Origin: Polyangiaceae bacterium
GTDB taxonomy: Bacteria > Myxococcota_A > Polyangia > Polyangiales > Polyangiaceae
Direction of reading: 5' to 3'
NCBI GenBank assembly: GCA_044376115.1
Contig: JBILLK010000003.1
Span: 288,001 to 352,000, forward strand
DNA length: 64,000 bases
The notes beneath the pieces are model-generated. The model saw nothing but the letters and a program-made list of their open reading frames with translations, was not told the origin of the DNA and ran no database searches. Shown here piece after piece: positions 9,108-21,995 of this stretch (the stretch's first letter is position 1; each line of letters opens with the position of its first letter). The position numbers and the translations under genes were made by a program.

Positions 9108-10199
9108 GTGAGTCGCGTCATTGTTGCCATGAGCGGAGGTGTGGACTCCTCGGTCGCTGCCCTGCAGCTGCTCCGGGATGGCTATGACGTGGTCGGCGTG
9201 ACCCTCCATTTGTGGGATTACCCCGATGACAAAGAACCCGGGCGCTGCTGCGCCCCCGAGGATCAATACGACGCGCGTCGGGTGGCCGACAAACTCGGCT
9301 TCCCACACTTTACCTTCGATCGACGTGAGCTCTTTGAGCTGCACGTCGTGCGGCCCTTCGTTGACGCCTATCTCAATGGGTCGACTCCGAGCCCGTGCGT
9401 TTCCTGCAACAGGAGCGTGAAATTGCGCGAACTGTTCCCCATCGCCGATCGTTTGGGGGCCGAGTTTGTCGCGACCGGGCACTACGCGCGTGTGGTTCAA
9501 GGTGAAGCTGGTCCCGAACTTCACCGTGGCGTGGACCGACGCAAGGACCAGAGCTACTTCCTCCATATGCTCGAGCCGCACGAGCTCGCGAGGCTGCTGC
9601 TGCCACTTGGGGGCAACGTCAAAGACGAGGTGAGGTCCCTCGCGCACGAGGCCACCTTGCCCGGCGCTGGAAAGGGTGAAAGCCAGGAACTCTGTTTCGT
9701 CGCGAGCGGTCGCTACGAGGCCTTCGTCGAAGACCGAGCCGCGCACCGCGTTCGGCCAGGTCCCGTGCTCGATTCGAGCGGCAACGTCGTCGGGCAGCAC
9801 TCCGGGGTGCACCGGTACACCGTGGGACAGCGAAAAGGGCTGGGCGTGGCGATGGGCAAGCCAGCGTTCGTGACCCGCGTGGACGGGGGAACAGGGCAAG
9901 TCCACATCGGCGATGAGTCCGAACTACTAGCGGATCGTGCGGTGCTTGGGCCGGATACGGTTTTTCCCGGCGGCGTGAGCTTCCCGCAACGAGCGATCGT
10001 TCAGGTGCGAGCGCGCCATTCGGGCTCTCCGGCAGAATTGCGCCAAGAGCCGGATGCGCGCGGTGGGGTTCAGGTCGTTGCCGTGTTCGACGAGCCGGTG
10101 CGGGCCATCTCCCCGGGCCAGGTCGCAGTGGCGTACGCCGATACACGCGTGCTGGGCGGCGGCGTGATCGTGCGCGCTGAGCGGAGTGAGCCGTCGTGA
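9108..10199 (+). CDS. mnmA: tRNA 2-thiouridine(34) synthase
   Basis: AMSGGVDSS, PCVSCN, ATGHYA, KDQSYFL, ESQELCF, GQRKGLG, SPGQ. Confidence 0.97.
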   Translation: MSRVIVAMSGGVDSSVAALQLLRDGYDVVGVTLHLWDYPDDKEPGRCCAPEDQYDARRVADKLGFPHFTFDRRELFELHVVRPFVDAYLNGSTPSPCVSCNRSVKLRELFPIADRLGAEFVATGHYARVVQGEAGPELHRGVDRRKDQSYFLHMLEPHELARLLLPLGGNVKDEVRSLAHEATLPGAGKGESQELCFVASGRYEAFVEDRAAHRVRPGPVLDSSGNVVGQHSGVHRYTVGQRKGLGVAMGKPAFVTRVDGGTGQVHIGDESELLADRAVLGPDTVFPGGVSFPQRAIVQVRARHSGSPAELRQEPDARGGVQVVAVFDEPVRAISPGQVAVAYADTRVLGGGVIVRAERSEPS

Positions 10200-10846
10200 A
10201 GTTCCAGCGGCTCCTGTGCGGCGCTTTCGCTGCAACTGGTTTCCTGTTTGGGGCCTGTGTCTCGGTCGGTGAAGGCAAAGGCTTTGCAAAGAGCGACAAC
10301 CTTTTTGCGAAAGACTGCTGGAACGGCGCCTTCGATTTGCAGCCGGACTTTTTCGCTGCGGATCCATTTCGCGACCAGGTTCACATCCGGGTACAGCGCG
10401 GCAACGACTTGCTCGAGGTTTCCGACGGTGTAGTGATTCTGGTGGACTCGATTGAAGATGTGCGGGCGCGGCTCGGTGAGGAGCTGCCTGTCACGCTTTC
10501 CCCGGGAATTGCCCCTCCCGGGTTTGCGCCGGGCGAGCTTTGCGGCGGTGAATGTGATGGGCCTGTGCACGCCGCGCTCTACCTCCTTGACTCGTGTCAC
10601 GTGCAGAACACCGTGCTCTACGCCGTCTCTGGAACGGTGGTTTTCGACGAACTCTTCAGCGGCAACCCCAATGAGGACGACCCGGCAGAAAAATTCTCCT
10701 CGGGACGCTTCGTGCTCAACGTCGGGGACCCGCGCGAGGCCGTGCTCAACGACGCGGGCCGCTACACCTTCCCGGAAACCAGCGTGATCGAGGGTGAGTT
10801 CGAGTTTTTCTTCCAACGGGGCCAGCCCGCCCAACCGTTTCCTTGA
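10196..10846 (+). CDS. Hypothetical lipoprotein
   Basis: FLFGAC lipobox; GTGA overlap with mnmA. Confidence 0.7.
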   Translation: MKFQRLLCGAFAATGFLFGACVSVGEGKGFAKSDNLFAKDCWNGAFDLQPDFFAADPFRDQVHIRVQRGNDLLEVSDGVVILVDSIEDVRARLGEELPVTLSPGIAPPGFAPGELCGGECDGPVHAALYLLDSCHVQNTVLYAVSGTVVFDELFSGNPNEDDPAEKFSSGRFVLNVGDPREAVLNDAGRYTFPETSVIEGEFEFFFQRGQPAQPFP

Positions 10847-10950
10847 GCGGGCTTTGTTGGCTGTGGCGGTCCCGCGGCGACGTCCGACAGGGCGGCCTGC
10901 AGCGGTAGTCCTGGAAAACCCTGAAAGGGTAGAGGTAGACTGACCACCAG

Positions 10951-13287
10951 ATGGCAGCACCGCCTCCCCGCCCGTCAGCCCGCAATGCGGGCGGCGCTGG
11001 GGCCGGAGCCCCGATGGGCCCCGCGCCCTCGCGTGCCGGAGGTTTGGCGGCTCCCCCACCAAATTCCGGTCTCAACGCAGGTCCCAAGAACGATCAGCCC
11101 GCGGGTACGTTCTTTCTGGGGCGCTACCGCGTCGTTGAAGAGATCGGCATCGGCGGTATGGCCAGCGTCCACCTGGCCCGGATGGACGGCCCTGGAGGCT
11201 TCCAAAAGTGGGTGGCGATCAAGCGCATCCACCCGAACCTCGTCGAGGACGATCAGTTCGTCGACATGTTCCTCGATGAGGCGCGCATCGCCGCCGGCAT
11301 CAACCACGCGAACGTCGCGCAGGTGTTCGATCTCGGTAAGGACGAGGGCACCTACTGGATCGCGATGGAGTACCTCCACGGCGAGCCGCTGCGTGAGGTG
11401 ATGCGCCGTTGCGAGGAACGTCGGCACGTTATTTCGCCCGATATTGCCGCGCGAATTTGTGCTGATGCTGCAGAAGGCCTGCACGCCGCACACGAGCTAC
11501 GAGGCAAGAACGGTCAACTGCTCGGCCTCGTGCATCGCGATGTCACGCCGCACAACCTGTTCATCACCTACGAGGGCTACACGAAGGTCGTCGACTTCGG
11601 CATCGCCAAGGTCGCCGACCGGCTCTCGGAGACGCGCGCCGGAACGCTGAAAGGCAAGCTCGCGTACATGAGTCCGGAGCAAGTCCGCGGCCAGGACGAC
11701 GTGGACCGTACCACCGACGTCTTTGCGCTCGGCGTGGTGCTTTGGGAGCTGACGACGGGCCACCGTCTGTTCCGCATGGATACAGACTTGGACACGCTCG
11801 AGAAGGTCCAAGCCTGCATCGTGCCGCCGCCCTCCACGGTTGCTGGCGGCTACCCGATCGAGCTCGAGAGCGTGGTGATGAAGGCGCTGGCCAAGCGCAA
11901 GCAGGATCGCTTTCAAACGGCTCGTGAGTTCTCGCGTGCGCTCAACATGTATCTGCAGCGGCGAGCCGTGCTGGTCGGACCTGAAGAGGTCAGCGGCTTC
12001 GTGCGAGAGCTCTTCGTCGACCGGATCGGCGCGCGCGAGGCACATCTGGCCTGGGCCGCCGACGTCACGAGCACGATCAACGTCGACCAACTCAACGCCA
12101 TGAAGCGATCGAGGAACGGTCGCATCGAGGATGCGCCGTCCAAGAGCGGTTTCGATGTCGAGCCGTCCGCGGATAACGGCAGGCCATCCTTGCCTGGTGC
12201 GCCCACGCTGGGCGTTCGTCCCCCGCCGCCTCCTGCGCAGGCGAAAGCTCCAGGCACGCCACCGCCACCGCCGACGGTGCCGAATTCACCGTCGCGTAGC
12301 ACCGGCAGTCCGAAGGCGGCCTCGAGTTCGTTGCTCGACGACGAGGAAGATATCCCGACGACCGTCGCCTCACGCGAGCACGTCAGCGAGTTGATGGGCC
12401 ATGCTCCCGCCGCAAGCGGGGCTGGGCGTTTGCCTCCGCCGCCTCCAGCCGCAGGTGCCCCGGCGCGCCCCGGCGCCGCACCCACAGCCGCCCAGTTTCA
12501 GTCCATTCGTGCAACCACGATGGGCGCGGCGGCTGTTGCCTCGGGACCGCCGCCTGCGCGCAGTGGTCCGCCGCCGGTTCCGCAAGGTCCGCCGCAGGGG
12601 CCCCCGCCTGTTCCGCAGCAGCAGCCACAACAACAGGGCGGTTTGGGTCGCACGATGGCGTTGGCGCCAGCGAGCAATCCCGGCTTCCAAGGCAATCAAC
12701 TCAATCCGCCGCAGCAGCAGCAACCCAATCAGGGCCGACCTGGAGAGCTCCCGGGGTTTTTCCCGCCTCCCGGAATGGCGGCGATGTCGAACCAAGCTCC
12801 GCAAGGTGGTTCGTTGCCGGCGTTCGGGCCTCCCACGAACGGACCTTTTCAGCCTCTGTCGAATCCAGGGTTCTCCGGCTTTCCTGCGCAACATCAGCAG
12901 AATCAGCCGCAAGCTGGTCAGCACGGTCAGCAACAGCACGGCCCGGGTGGGCCGTTGAGTCCGCGCGGTGGTCCCAGCGGGACGATGCCGCCGATGCCGT
13001 CGAATCAGAACCTCGGCAGGACGGGTGGCCCGCCCCATCCGCCTCCTTCGCAGATCGAGACGGCGCTCTCGCTACCGCGTCCTGAGCCGAGTGCGATGCA
13101 GAACCCGATGCCCAACCGCAGCGACAGCCTGAGCACCATCGTGCTGGTTGCGGTGGCGGTGCTCACCGCGATTTGTGTGCTCGCGTTGGGCGCATTGATC
13201 TACTTCAAACGCCGCGCGCCTCAGCCCGGGGGCTGCATTGAAATCCCCGCCCAACATGAGCTCGCACCGCCGAACCGACACGCGTAG
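10951..13287 (+). CDS. Hanks-type Ser/Thr protein kinase with Pro/Gln-rich linker and C-terminal TM
   Basis: IGIGGMASV, VAIK, HRDVTPHN, DFGIAK, YMSPEQ, DVFALG; TM near the C-terminus. Confidence 0.95.
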   Translation: MAAPPPRPSARNAGGAGAGAPMGPAPSRAGGLAAPPPNSGLNAGPKNDQPAGTFFLGRYRVVEEIGIGGMASVHLARMDGPGGFQKWVAIKRIHPNLVEDDQFVDMFLDEARIAAGINHANVAQVFDLGKDEGTYWIAMEYLHGEPLREVMRRCEERRHVISPDIAARICADAAEGLHAAHELRGKNGQLLGLVHRDVTPHNLFITYEGYTKVVDFGIAKVADRLSETRAGTLKGKLAYMSPEQVRGQDDVDRTTDVFALGVVLWELTTGHRLFRMDTDLDTLEKVQACIVPPPSTVAGGYPIELESVVMKALAKRKQDRFQTAREFSRALNMYLQRRAVLVGPEEVSGFVRELFVDRIGAREAHLAWAADVTSTINVDQLNAMKRSRNGRIEDAPSKSGFDVEPSADNGRPSLPGAPTLGVRPPPPPAQAKAPGTPPPPPTVPNSPSRSTGSPKAASSSLLDDEEDIPTTVASREHVSELMGHAPAASGAGRLPPPPPAAGAPARPGAAPTAAQFQSIRATTMGAAAVASGPPPARSGPPPVPQGPPQGPPPVPQQQPQQQGGLGRTMALAPASNPGFQGNQLNPPQQQQPNQGRPGELPGFFPPPGMAAMSNQAPQGGSLPAFGPPTNGPFQPLSNPGFSGFPAQHQQNQPQAGQHGQQQHGPGGPLSPRGGPSGTMPPMPSNQNLGRTGGPPHPPPSQIETALSLPRPEPSAMQNPMPNRSDSLSTIVLVAVAVLTAICVLALGALIYFKRRAPQPGGCIEIPAQHELAPPNRHA

Positions 13288-14584
13288 CCGAACCGCCGTT
13301 CGCCAAACCGAACTGCGCGTCGAGCGCCTTGTGCCTGGAGGTCAAGGCTTGGTGCGCGTGGACGGTGAGGTTCGCTTCGTCGACGCCGTGCTACCGAACG
13401 AGCTGGTCGCTATCACTTGGGAGGGCCGAGCAAAACCGCGCGCGTTGAGCCTCAAGGTGCTGGAGAACTCACCGCTTCGTGTTCGCGAGCCTTGCGCCTA
13501 CGCAAGCAGCTGCGGTGGTTGCGACTGGCTGTACATCGAACCGGCGGCTCAAGCGGAGTTCCACCGCGGCTTCGTGGAAGACCTGCTTTCGCGCGCGCTG
13601 AAGACGCAGCTCGCGGTCGAGGTGCGCCGGCCCACCGAGCCGCTCGCGTACCGTTCGCGTGCGCGTCTGCACTTCACGACGCACGGCCGTCGCGTCGCGC
13701 TCGGTTACTTCGGTGAGCGCAGCCATCGCGTGGTCGCGGTGGAGTCCTGCGCGGTGCTTGAAGACGGCCTCTTCGCCGCGGCCCGAGAAGTCGCAACAGC
13801 GTTCGCCGAAGCGGCCTCGAATCAGGCCGATCTCGAAGGAGAAATCAGCGTCGCTTGGGGTGTGCGCGCCTCGCAGGAGAAGGCCGCCGTGTTCGACATC
13901 ACGCTGACTCGCGATCCTTCCGGCGCAGCGATGGGCCGGCTCGATCAGCTGGTGACGGCCAAATACGCAGGCGCGCGGGTATCCCTGAGCGGAGCCGCAA
14001 CGCCGATGGTGATCGGTGATCCAAGGCCGGTTCAGCGCGCAGCGGACGGCCTACCTCTTTGGATTGCCGCTGGTGGATTTGCGCAGGCCAGCGATGCGGG
14101 CGCGATCGCTTTGAGCAACACCGTGGTTGAACTGGCAGCGCCTGCCGGCAAGACGGTGTTTGAGTTGCACGCCGGCAGCGGCACGTTGAGCGTGGGCTTG
14201 GCGAAGGACGCCGCGAGCTTCAGTTCGGTCGAGAGCGCCAGCGCCGCCGTACAGTGCGCGAAGGAGAATTTCACGCTGCGCGGTCTGTCGGGCAAGTTGC
14301 GCGTCTCCGACGCCGACGCGCTCGCCATCCCCTCCAGCCTCGACTTGGTGGTGCTCGATCCACCGCGGCAAGGCGCGCGCAAAGTGTGCGAAAACCTCGC
14401 GCGGGCGCGCCCGAAGAAAATCGTCTACGTATCGTGCGACCCGGCCACCCTCGCTCGCGATCTCGAGGTGCTCGGCGCTGCCAACTACGTCGCGGAGCGA
14501 GTGGTGACGGTCGAGCTGTTCCCGCAAACGAGTCACGTCGAGACGGTGGTGTCGCTTACGCGGCCTTCGCGGGGCAAAGCGTGA
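13256..14584 (+). CDS. rlmD: 23S rRNA m5U methyltransferase (RlmD/TrmA family)
   Basis: TRAM-like N-terminus, CAYASSCGGC Fe-S motif, FAQ, LDPPRQG, YVSCDPATLARD, FPQTSHVE; start approximate. Confidence 0.88.
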   Translation: MSSHRRTDTRSRTAVRQTELRVERLVPGGQGLVRVDGEVRFVDAVLPNELVAITWEGRAKPRALSLKVLENSPLRVREPCAYASSCGGCDWLYIEPAAQAEFHRGFVEDLLSRALKTQLAVEVRRPTEPLAYRSRARLHFTTHGRRVALGYFGERSHRVVAVESCAVLEDGLFAAAREVATAFAEAASNQADLEGEISVAWGVRASQEKAAVFDITLTRDPSGAAMGRLDQLVTAKYAGARVSLSGAATPMVIGDPRPVQRAADGLPLWIAAGGFAQASDAGAIALSNTVVELAAPAGKTVFELHAGSGTLSVGLAKDAASFSSVESASAAVQCAKENFTLRGLSGKLRVSDADALAIPSSLDLVVLDPPRQGARKVCENLARARPKKIVYVSCDPATLARDLEVLGAANYVAERVVTVELFPQTSHVETVVSLTRPSRGKA

Positions 14585-14769
14585 GAACCAAAGTGGACGC
14601 ACGCTTGGCGCACGAGATTGCGCACTTCCGCTTGCGCTTCTGTTGCGAAGACTGCGCACAGTTCGTACCGGAGCTGGGCACCTGCTCGGCGGGCTACCCC
14701 AACGCTGAGCACCGTCACCGCGAGCACCCTGCGGAGATCGTCTTCTGCAAGGAGTTCGAGCTTACATGA
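14581..14769 (+). CDS. Small Cys-rich protein (62 aa)
   Basis: GTG 14581 overlaps the rlmD stop and its TGA overlaps the til[66 protein letters not shown]. Confidence 0.7.
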   Translation: MRTKVDARLAHEIAHFRLRFCCEDCAQFVPELGTCSAGYPNAEHRHREHPAEIVFCKEFELT

Positions 14770-15647
14770 GAGGCTCTCACCGGCCGTCCCTGACGACCTT
14801 GGTGCAGCGCTTCTGGTCTAGCGAGCTCGTCACGGCGCCCAAGCACGTGCTCGTGGCGTGCTCCGGCGGTCCTGATTCGATGGCGCTACTGCACTGCCTG
14901 GCCCGCCTTGCCGGCAAGCTGCCGCTGCAGGTTTCGGCCGCCGGCGTGGACCACGGCTTGCGCGAACGAGCTGCGGCGGAGCTGGCTCTTGCCGCCGAAC
15001 TTGCGCGCGCGCTGAAGATCGAGTTTCGCACCTTGCACGCGAAGGTCGCACCTGGCGGCAATCTGCAGGCTCGTGCGCGCGCGGTACGGTACGCGCTGCT
15101 CGAGGAGGAACAGCGTCGTATTGGCGCCGACTCGATCGCCACTGGTCACACCGCCGACGACCGAGCCGAGACGGTGCTGATTCGCTTGTTGCGAGGAACA
15201 GGGTTGGGTGGGCTCGCGGTGTTACCGCCAGAGGCCGAGGGGCGCATCCGTCCGCTGCTTCGCGCCACTCGCGAGGACGTTGAACTGCACCTGCAACGCC
15301 ACTCGGTGCCCTTCGCCCGCGACCCTTCGAACCTGGACACTCGTTTCGTAAGGGTGCGGGTTCGCCACGAGCTGATGCCGCTCTTGCGCGAGCTATCCCC
15401 AGCCATCGTCAAAACCTTGAACCATGTCGCCGACGAAGTGGCAGCGGTCCCACCTTCTGCAACCGCGAGCCTGGCGCTTCCGCGGGCGCATCGAAGTGTG
15501 GTCGAAGCCGCGCTGAAGAGTCAGAAACCCGCGCGATTCCGCACAAGTGACTGTAAAGAAGTGTTGGTCACCCTGGCAGACGGTGCGCCGGTGCTTACTG
15601 AACTGGCTGCACCCGTCAGTCGACCTCGTCGTCCGGCAGGTGAATGA
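14766..15647 (+). CDS. tilS: tRNA(Ile)-lysidine synthetase
   Basis: [40 protein letters not shown]. Confidence 0.95.
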   Translation: MRGSHRPSLTTLVQRFWSSELVTAPKHVLVACSGGPDSMALLHCLARLAGKLPLQVSAAGVDHGLRERAAAELALAAELARALKIEFRTLHAKVAPGGNLQARARAVRYALLEEEQRRIGADSIATGHTADDRAETVLIRLLRGTGLGGLAVLPPEAEGRIRPLLRATREDVELHLQRHSVPFARDPSNLDTRFVRVRVRHELMPLLRELSPAIVKTLNHVADEVAAVPPSATASLALPRAHRSVVEAALKSQKPARFRTSDCKEVLVTLADGAPVLTELAAPVSRPRRPAGE

Positions 15648-15759
15648 CGGTCGGTACGTCGACACGCGGGCGCCTGGCCTCTATGATGCTAGGACTTGTT
15701 GGTCTTCCCAACGTTTACGTTTTCCGGTCAGGCTAATTGACTGTGAAGCTGAGGTCTTC

Positions 15760-17711
<1,952 letters not shown>

Positions 17712-17712
<1 letters not shown>

Positions 17713-19166
17713 TGCGCTGGTCTTGGTTTCTGGGGATCACTTCGATGGTGATCCCCAGTTTCGCTAGCGCTCAGTCTCCCGCTGACGCTGATTCCGTACC
17801 TCCCAACTCGAGGCCTTCCCTTGAGTTGGGTGGCTTCGTTTTTAGCCCGATCGTTGAGGCGCGTGTGCGCGGGGAGTACCGGCGCAATCCGCTCAACGAC
17901 GGTATCCCGGGCGAGCACGCGGTGCTCACAGACGGAACGCCGCTCGCATCGCGAATCCCTTACGAAGACCAAGCGGTGCTTTGGGAGCGAGTGCGGCTGG
18001 GCCTCTCGGTGGATAAGGGCCCGGTGACGGTGCTCGTGTCGATGCAAGACGTTCGCGGCTTTGGGCTTCCGGAGAATCAGCCGCTTGCGGGCCAACCAAC
18101 CTTGCCGGTGACCGAGCCGTACGAGGCCTACGTCGATCTGCATACCGAGGAACGTGAGTTCTATTTTCGGGTGGGCCGCCAGGCGATCGAGCTTGGGGAT
18201 GGCCAGCTGATCGGCCGCTCTTTTGACCGGGCGCAAGGTCGCACGCTCGACGCTGTTCGCGGTGGCGTTCGTTACCGCGATTTGGACCTGACCGCGTTCG
18301 CTGCGTTTCTTCGCTTCCCCGGCGAGGTGGAAAGCCCGTCGCTCGGCAGCGGTGAAGAGACGCCCAAACTCAAGCCCGGCGCGCAGCTCTACGCGCTCGA
18401 TGCGACCTACAAGGTTGCACCCTACTTTGCGGCGGAGCTCACGGCGCTGGCGCGCATCGTTCGCGAGCCTCTGGTAGATGAGCTCACACCGGGAGACACC
18501 TTCACGGGCGCGGCGCGCGTGTTTGGCGACTACCGCGGTATCGCCTACTCGGTGGTGGGCGCCGTTCAGGGCGGGCGCGTTGCACGTCCCGGCACGGAAC
18601 AAGCCGCAGCGCACTTCGCCGGAGGGGCCTTGGGCCGCGTGACCTGGGAAACGGCGCTGCCGTGGCGGCTCTCCTTTGGAGCGGAGGGTGCGTACGCCAC
18701 CGGCAGTCCGCAGAGCTCAGAAGACGGCGGTCAGACCGCGAGCGTCGGGATTTTTGATCCCATCCTTCCGGACACGACGAGTCGGGTGGAACAATCGGCG
18801 TTCTACGCTTGGTCCAACGTGATCGAGGCCGGCGCTGACGTCGGTGTGCGGCCCGTGCCCGAGTTCCGCTCGCGCCTCGGCTACAAGTTCGTCGGCCTCG
18901 CTGATCCGAACGGCCCGTGGAGAACCGGCGCCCTCTATCCGATCGGTCAATCCGAGAGCAACGAGTCCAACGTTCTCGGTCACGTGCTCTTCGCGGAGCT
19001 CTACGGCCAACCGATCGACGAGCTCTCCATCGGCGGTCACTACGGGTTGATGCTGCTTGGTGAAGGGGCGCGCAATATCTTCAGCAGCACGCGCCCCGGG
19101 CTCGCAGAGGACGCAGCCCCAGACTTCGCCGAGGTCTTTACGGTAGACGTGGCGTTCAAGCTCTAA
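17712..19166 (+). CDS. Outer-membrane beta-barrel protein (alginate-export-like family)
   Basis: Signal peptide; RVRGEYRRN, QDVR, YEAYVDL, RVGRQAIELGDGQLIG; C-terminal VAFKL. Confidence 0.75.
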
Positions 19167-20455
19167 GAGAGCGTGGCCGCCACTTCTTGCGCACGCTTGG
19201 CGAGCCCGAGCACCACGGAGTGAAAGCTCGAGAGCCTTCGCGCTTTCGCGTTGGGCAGCTCCGCCGCGAGCGCCTTCATCAAAAGCGGCATGCGTGAAGT
19301 ACCGCCGGTCAGGCACAGGATCTCCACCTCTTCGGCGGCGATCCCAGCCTTCTCGAGCGTCTGGCGCATCGAGCCGACGATGGCCTCCACTTCATTGGCC
19401 GTGGTGCTCTCGAGCAGCGCGCGATCGATCGATTCTTCGAAGGCGATGCTCGGATCGGTGACCGTGATGGTGCAACGCTCGGCGTCGGAGAGCCCGCGTT
19501 TCCCCGCTTCGATCGCCTCGTAGAGCGGGAAGCCCAGCCCGTCTTCGACCAGCGCAACGAAGCGCTCGAGCATCGGCCGGTCATCCTTTCGAATCAGCCC
19601 TTCTTTGATCATCGTCAGCTCGCCGAGGACCTTCTTGCGGTCGACCAAGGTCAGATCGGCAGGCGAGGCGAGCAGCTCGATCAGCTTGCGCGGCATGGTC
19701 AAGTCGTTGTGCCCGAACGGCACGGTGTATTGGGCGCGCGAGCCGAAGTGGGGCGCCCCGACGCGACGCATGAGCGCGCCGTCCATCGCATCGCCCGCGA
19801 CCGAGAGGCCGTGCGTCGCGAGGACGTCCTTGGCATCGAAGCCGTTGCGCTCCATGCGCACGATCGTGAAGTCGGAGGTGCCGCCGCCGAGATCGGCGAT
19901 CATAACGACGCGCTTCTCGCTCAGGTCCGCCGCGAAATCGTAGGCCGCAGCGATCGGCTCCGGGCAAAAGGTGACCGAGGTGAAGCCCGCTAGCCCAGCC
20001 GCTTTGCGCAGCCGCTCTTCGGCCAGGGCATCGTCTTCATCATTGCTCGAAAAGCGCGCAGGCCTGCCCATCACCACCGCCGTGACGTCTGCGCCGAAAT
20101 GTTTGCAGGCTCGCGTGCGCATCACGCGCAGAAAGGCGCCCACCAGATCCTCGAGCGAAAGCTGCCGGCTGCCGATCTGCGTCTTGCTAAAGGAGCGCGA
20201 AGGAAGATGACGTTTGATCGAGCGGATCAAGCGCCCGCGAAAGCCGTTCTCGACCAGCGCGCGCGTGGCGCTCGCGCCGAAGCTCGCCTCTTCCAGCGAC
20301 ATGAAATAAAGCGCGCTCTTGAGCACGGTGGGATCGCTGGCTTCGGGGTCGATCGGCGCCGGAGCGAAGACGCGCGATGCCGAAGCCGCTGCGAGCAGTG
20401 AGTTGCTGGTACCGAAGTCGATGGCGAACACCGACGGGACATCTCGATCATTCAT
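19163..20455 (-). CDS. yegD: Hsp70-family chaperone, YegD-like
   Basis: IDFGTSNS, SIKRHL, VMGRPARF, EPIAAA, DLGGGTSDF, TGGTS; no substrate-binding domain. Confidence 0.85.
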   Translation of the reverse strand: MNDRDVPSVFAIDFGTSNSLLAAASASRVFAPAPIDPEASDPTVLKSALYFMSLEEASFGASATRALVENGFRGRLIRSIKRHLPSRSFSKTQIGSRQLSLEDLVGAFLRVMRTRACKHFGADVTAVVMGRPARFSSNDEDDALAEERLRKAAGLAGFTSVTFCPEPIAAAYDFAADLSEKRVVMIADLGGGTSDFTIVRMERNGFDAKDVLATHGLSVAGDAMDGALMRRVGAPHFGSRAQYTVPFGHNDLTMPRKLIELLASPADLTLVDRKKVLGELTMIKEGLIRKDDRPMLERFVALVEDGLGFPLYEAIEAGKRGLSDAERCTITVTDPSIAFEESIDRALLESTTANEVEAIVGSMRQTLEKAGIAAEEVEILCLTGGTSRMPLLMKALAAELPNAKARRLSSFHSVVLGLAKRAQEVAATLS

Positions 20456-21213
20456 TCGAAGCGGCCTCCACGACCTTTTCCAGCAACAAATTCGGCCGCA
20501 CTCGTACCCGCCGCCAACGCGGCCTGGCCATGGCGGAGTTCATTCCTCAGCGCCTCATCGAACGAGAGGTCGAACTGCTCGTAGCTGCTCATCCGGTCGC
20601 TTCTCAAGCAGGTTTGTGGGAACTTCGCAAGCTCACGGGCCAGCGCCTCGGCTTCGGTGCGCGCCGTCCCATCGCCGACTACGCGATTCACGAGCCCCAT
20701 TTCACGCGCTTCAGCTGCGTCGACGAGTCGCCCGGTGAGGATCAGATCGAGCGCTCGGCTCAGGCCGATCAAGCGTGGCAAGCGCACAGTCCCGCCGTCG
20801 ATTAGCGGCACGCCAAAGCGACGGCACAACACGCCAAACTTCGCCGATTGCTCGGCCACGCGCAGATCGCAGAAGAGCGCGAGCTCGAGCCCGCCGGCCA
20901 CCGCATGACCGGAGATCGCAGCGATCACGGGCTTGCTGAGCAACATTCGCGAAGGTCCCATCGGGCCGTCACCGTCTAGCTCGACGCGGTTGGGCGTGCC
21001 ACGCGCGATGGCTCCGAGATCGGCACCGGCGCAAAAGCTACCTGCCGCGCCCCAGAACACAGCGACGCTGGCGGTGGGATCTGCGTCGAAGGCACGGAAG
21101 GCGTCCGCGAGCTCGCTCGCCGTTTCGCGATCGACCGCGTTGCGAACGCTCGGCCTATTCAGAATGACGGTGGTTACGGGGCCTTCGCGTTCGACCGTGA
21201 CAGCCTGACTCAT
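20452..21213 (-). CDS. Enoyl-CoA hydratase/crotonase family protein
   Basis: LNRPSVRNAVD, FCAGADL, AVAGGLELAL, GVPLIDGGTVRLPRLIG; ATG 21213. Confidence 0.93.
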   Translation of the reverse strand: MSQAVTVEREGPVTTVILNRPSVRNAVDRETASELADAFRAFDADPTASVAVFWGAAGSFCAGADLGAIARGTPNRVELDGDGPMGPSRMLLSKPVIAAISGHAVAGGLELALFCDLRVAEQSAKFGVLCRRFGVPLIDGGTVRLPRLIGLSRALDLILTGRLVDAAEAREMGLVNRVVGDGTARTEAEALARELAKFPQTCLRSDRMSSYEQFDLSFDEALRNELRHGQAALAAGTSAAEFVAGKGRGGRFE

Positions 21214-21995
21214 GGATCGAAGACGGGCTTCTTGCGAACGGGGCCTTTCCCCTTCGCGCCGCCTACGGCTTTGCCGGTCCACTTGGGCGTAGGCTTGGGC
21301 TTCTTAGCGGTGGTGTCCACTTGCAGCGCCAAGAGCTCTGCAGCGGCGCCGCTGTCCACCGCGCTGGCCAGCAGCACGACATAGCGCAGCGCACGCCCGG
21401 CCTCGCCTTCTGCGCGCAAGCGCGAACGCTGGAGCACCTCGATGCTGCCGTCGATCTCACGTTCGACCTCCGCGCGCTTGTCGCCCTGGAGCTGCGCTGC
21501 GTCTTCTTTCAAGCTGGCCGCTCTCTGTTCGAGCGCGAGCGCTTCTTTCGCCATGCCGTCGAGGTTGTCCGAAAGTTCGATGCCGTCGCGGATCACGTCC
21601 TCGATCGTCTTGGCAAAGGTGGCTGCGTCTTTGCTCTCTTCAGCGCCGTTCTTGAGGATCAGCTTGGGTTGGGCCGCGACCACCACGAAGAACTTGCCAC
21701 CGTTCTTCTTGAGCTCCTCCGAGCGAGTGCGCGCCCCAGCGATGGTTTCATCACGAAGAGCGCCGTCTTTAAGCCCCACCGACTTGGCGATCTTCTCGCG
21801 CAGCAGCTTGTCTCCGTTGGCCTCGTCGGCGCGAAAGCGGAGGTTGCTTACGTCGGTGAAGAAGTCGTCGAACTTCTGCTCGCCGCTCGCATAGGTGTCA
21901 CCCGTTGCAATGCGCGAACGCCCAGGCTCGGCGGCGACGACGCAACCGCTGGTCGCAAGGGCCGTCAGCAAAACGAAGCGATGGATCAGGTGCAT
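21210..21995 (-). CDS. Hypothetical helical lipoprotein
   Basis: LATSGC lipobox, coiled-coil character, operonic overlaps at both ends. Confidence 0.65.
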   Translation of the reverse strand: MHLIHRFVLLTALATSGCVVAAEPGRSRIATGDTYASGEQKFDDFFTDVSNLRFRADEANGDKLLREKIAKSVGLKDGALRDETIAGARTRSEELKKNGGKFFVVVAAQPKLILKNGAEESKDAATFAKTIEDVIRDGIELSDNLDGMAKEALALEQRAASLKEDAAQLQGDKRAEVEREIDGSIEVLQRSRLRAEGEAGRALRYVVLLASAVDSGAAAELLALQVDTTAKKPKPTPKWTGKAVGGAKGKGPVRKKPVFDP

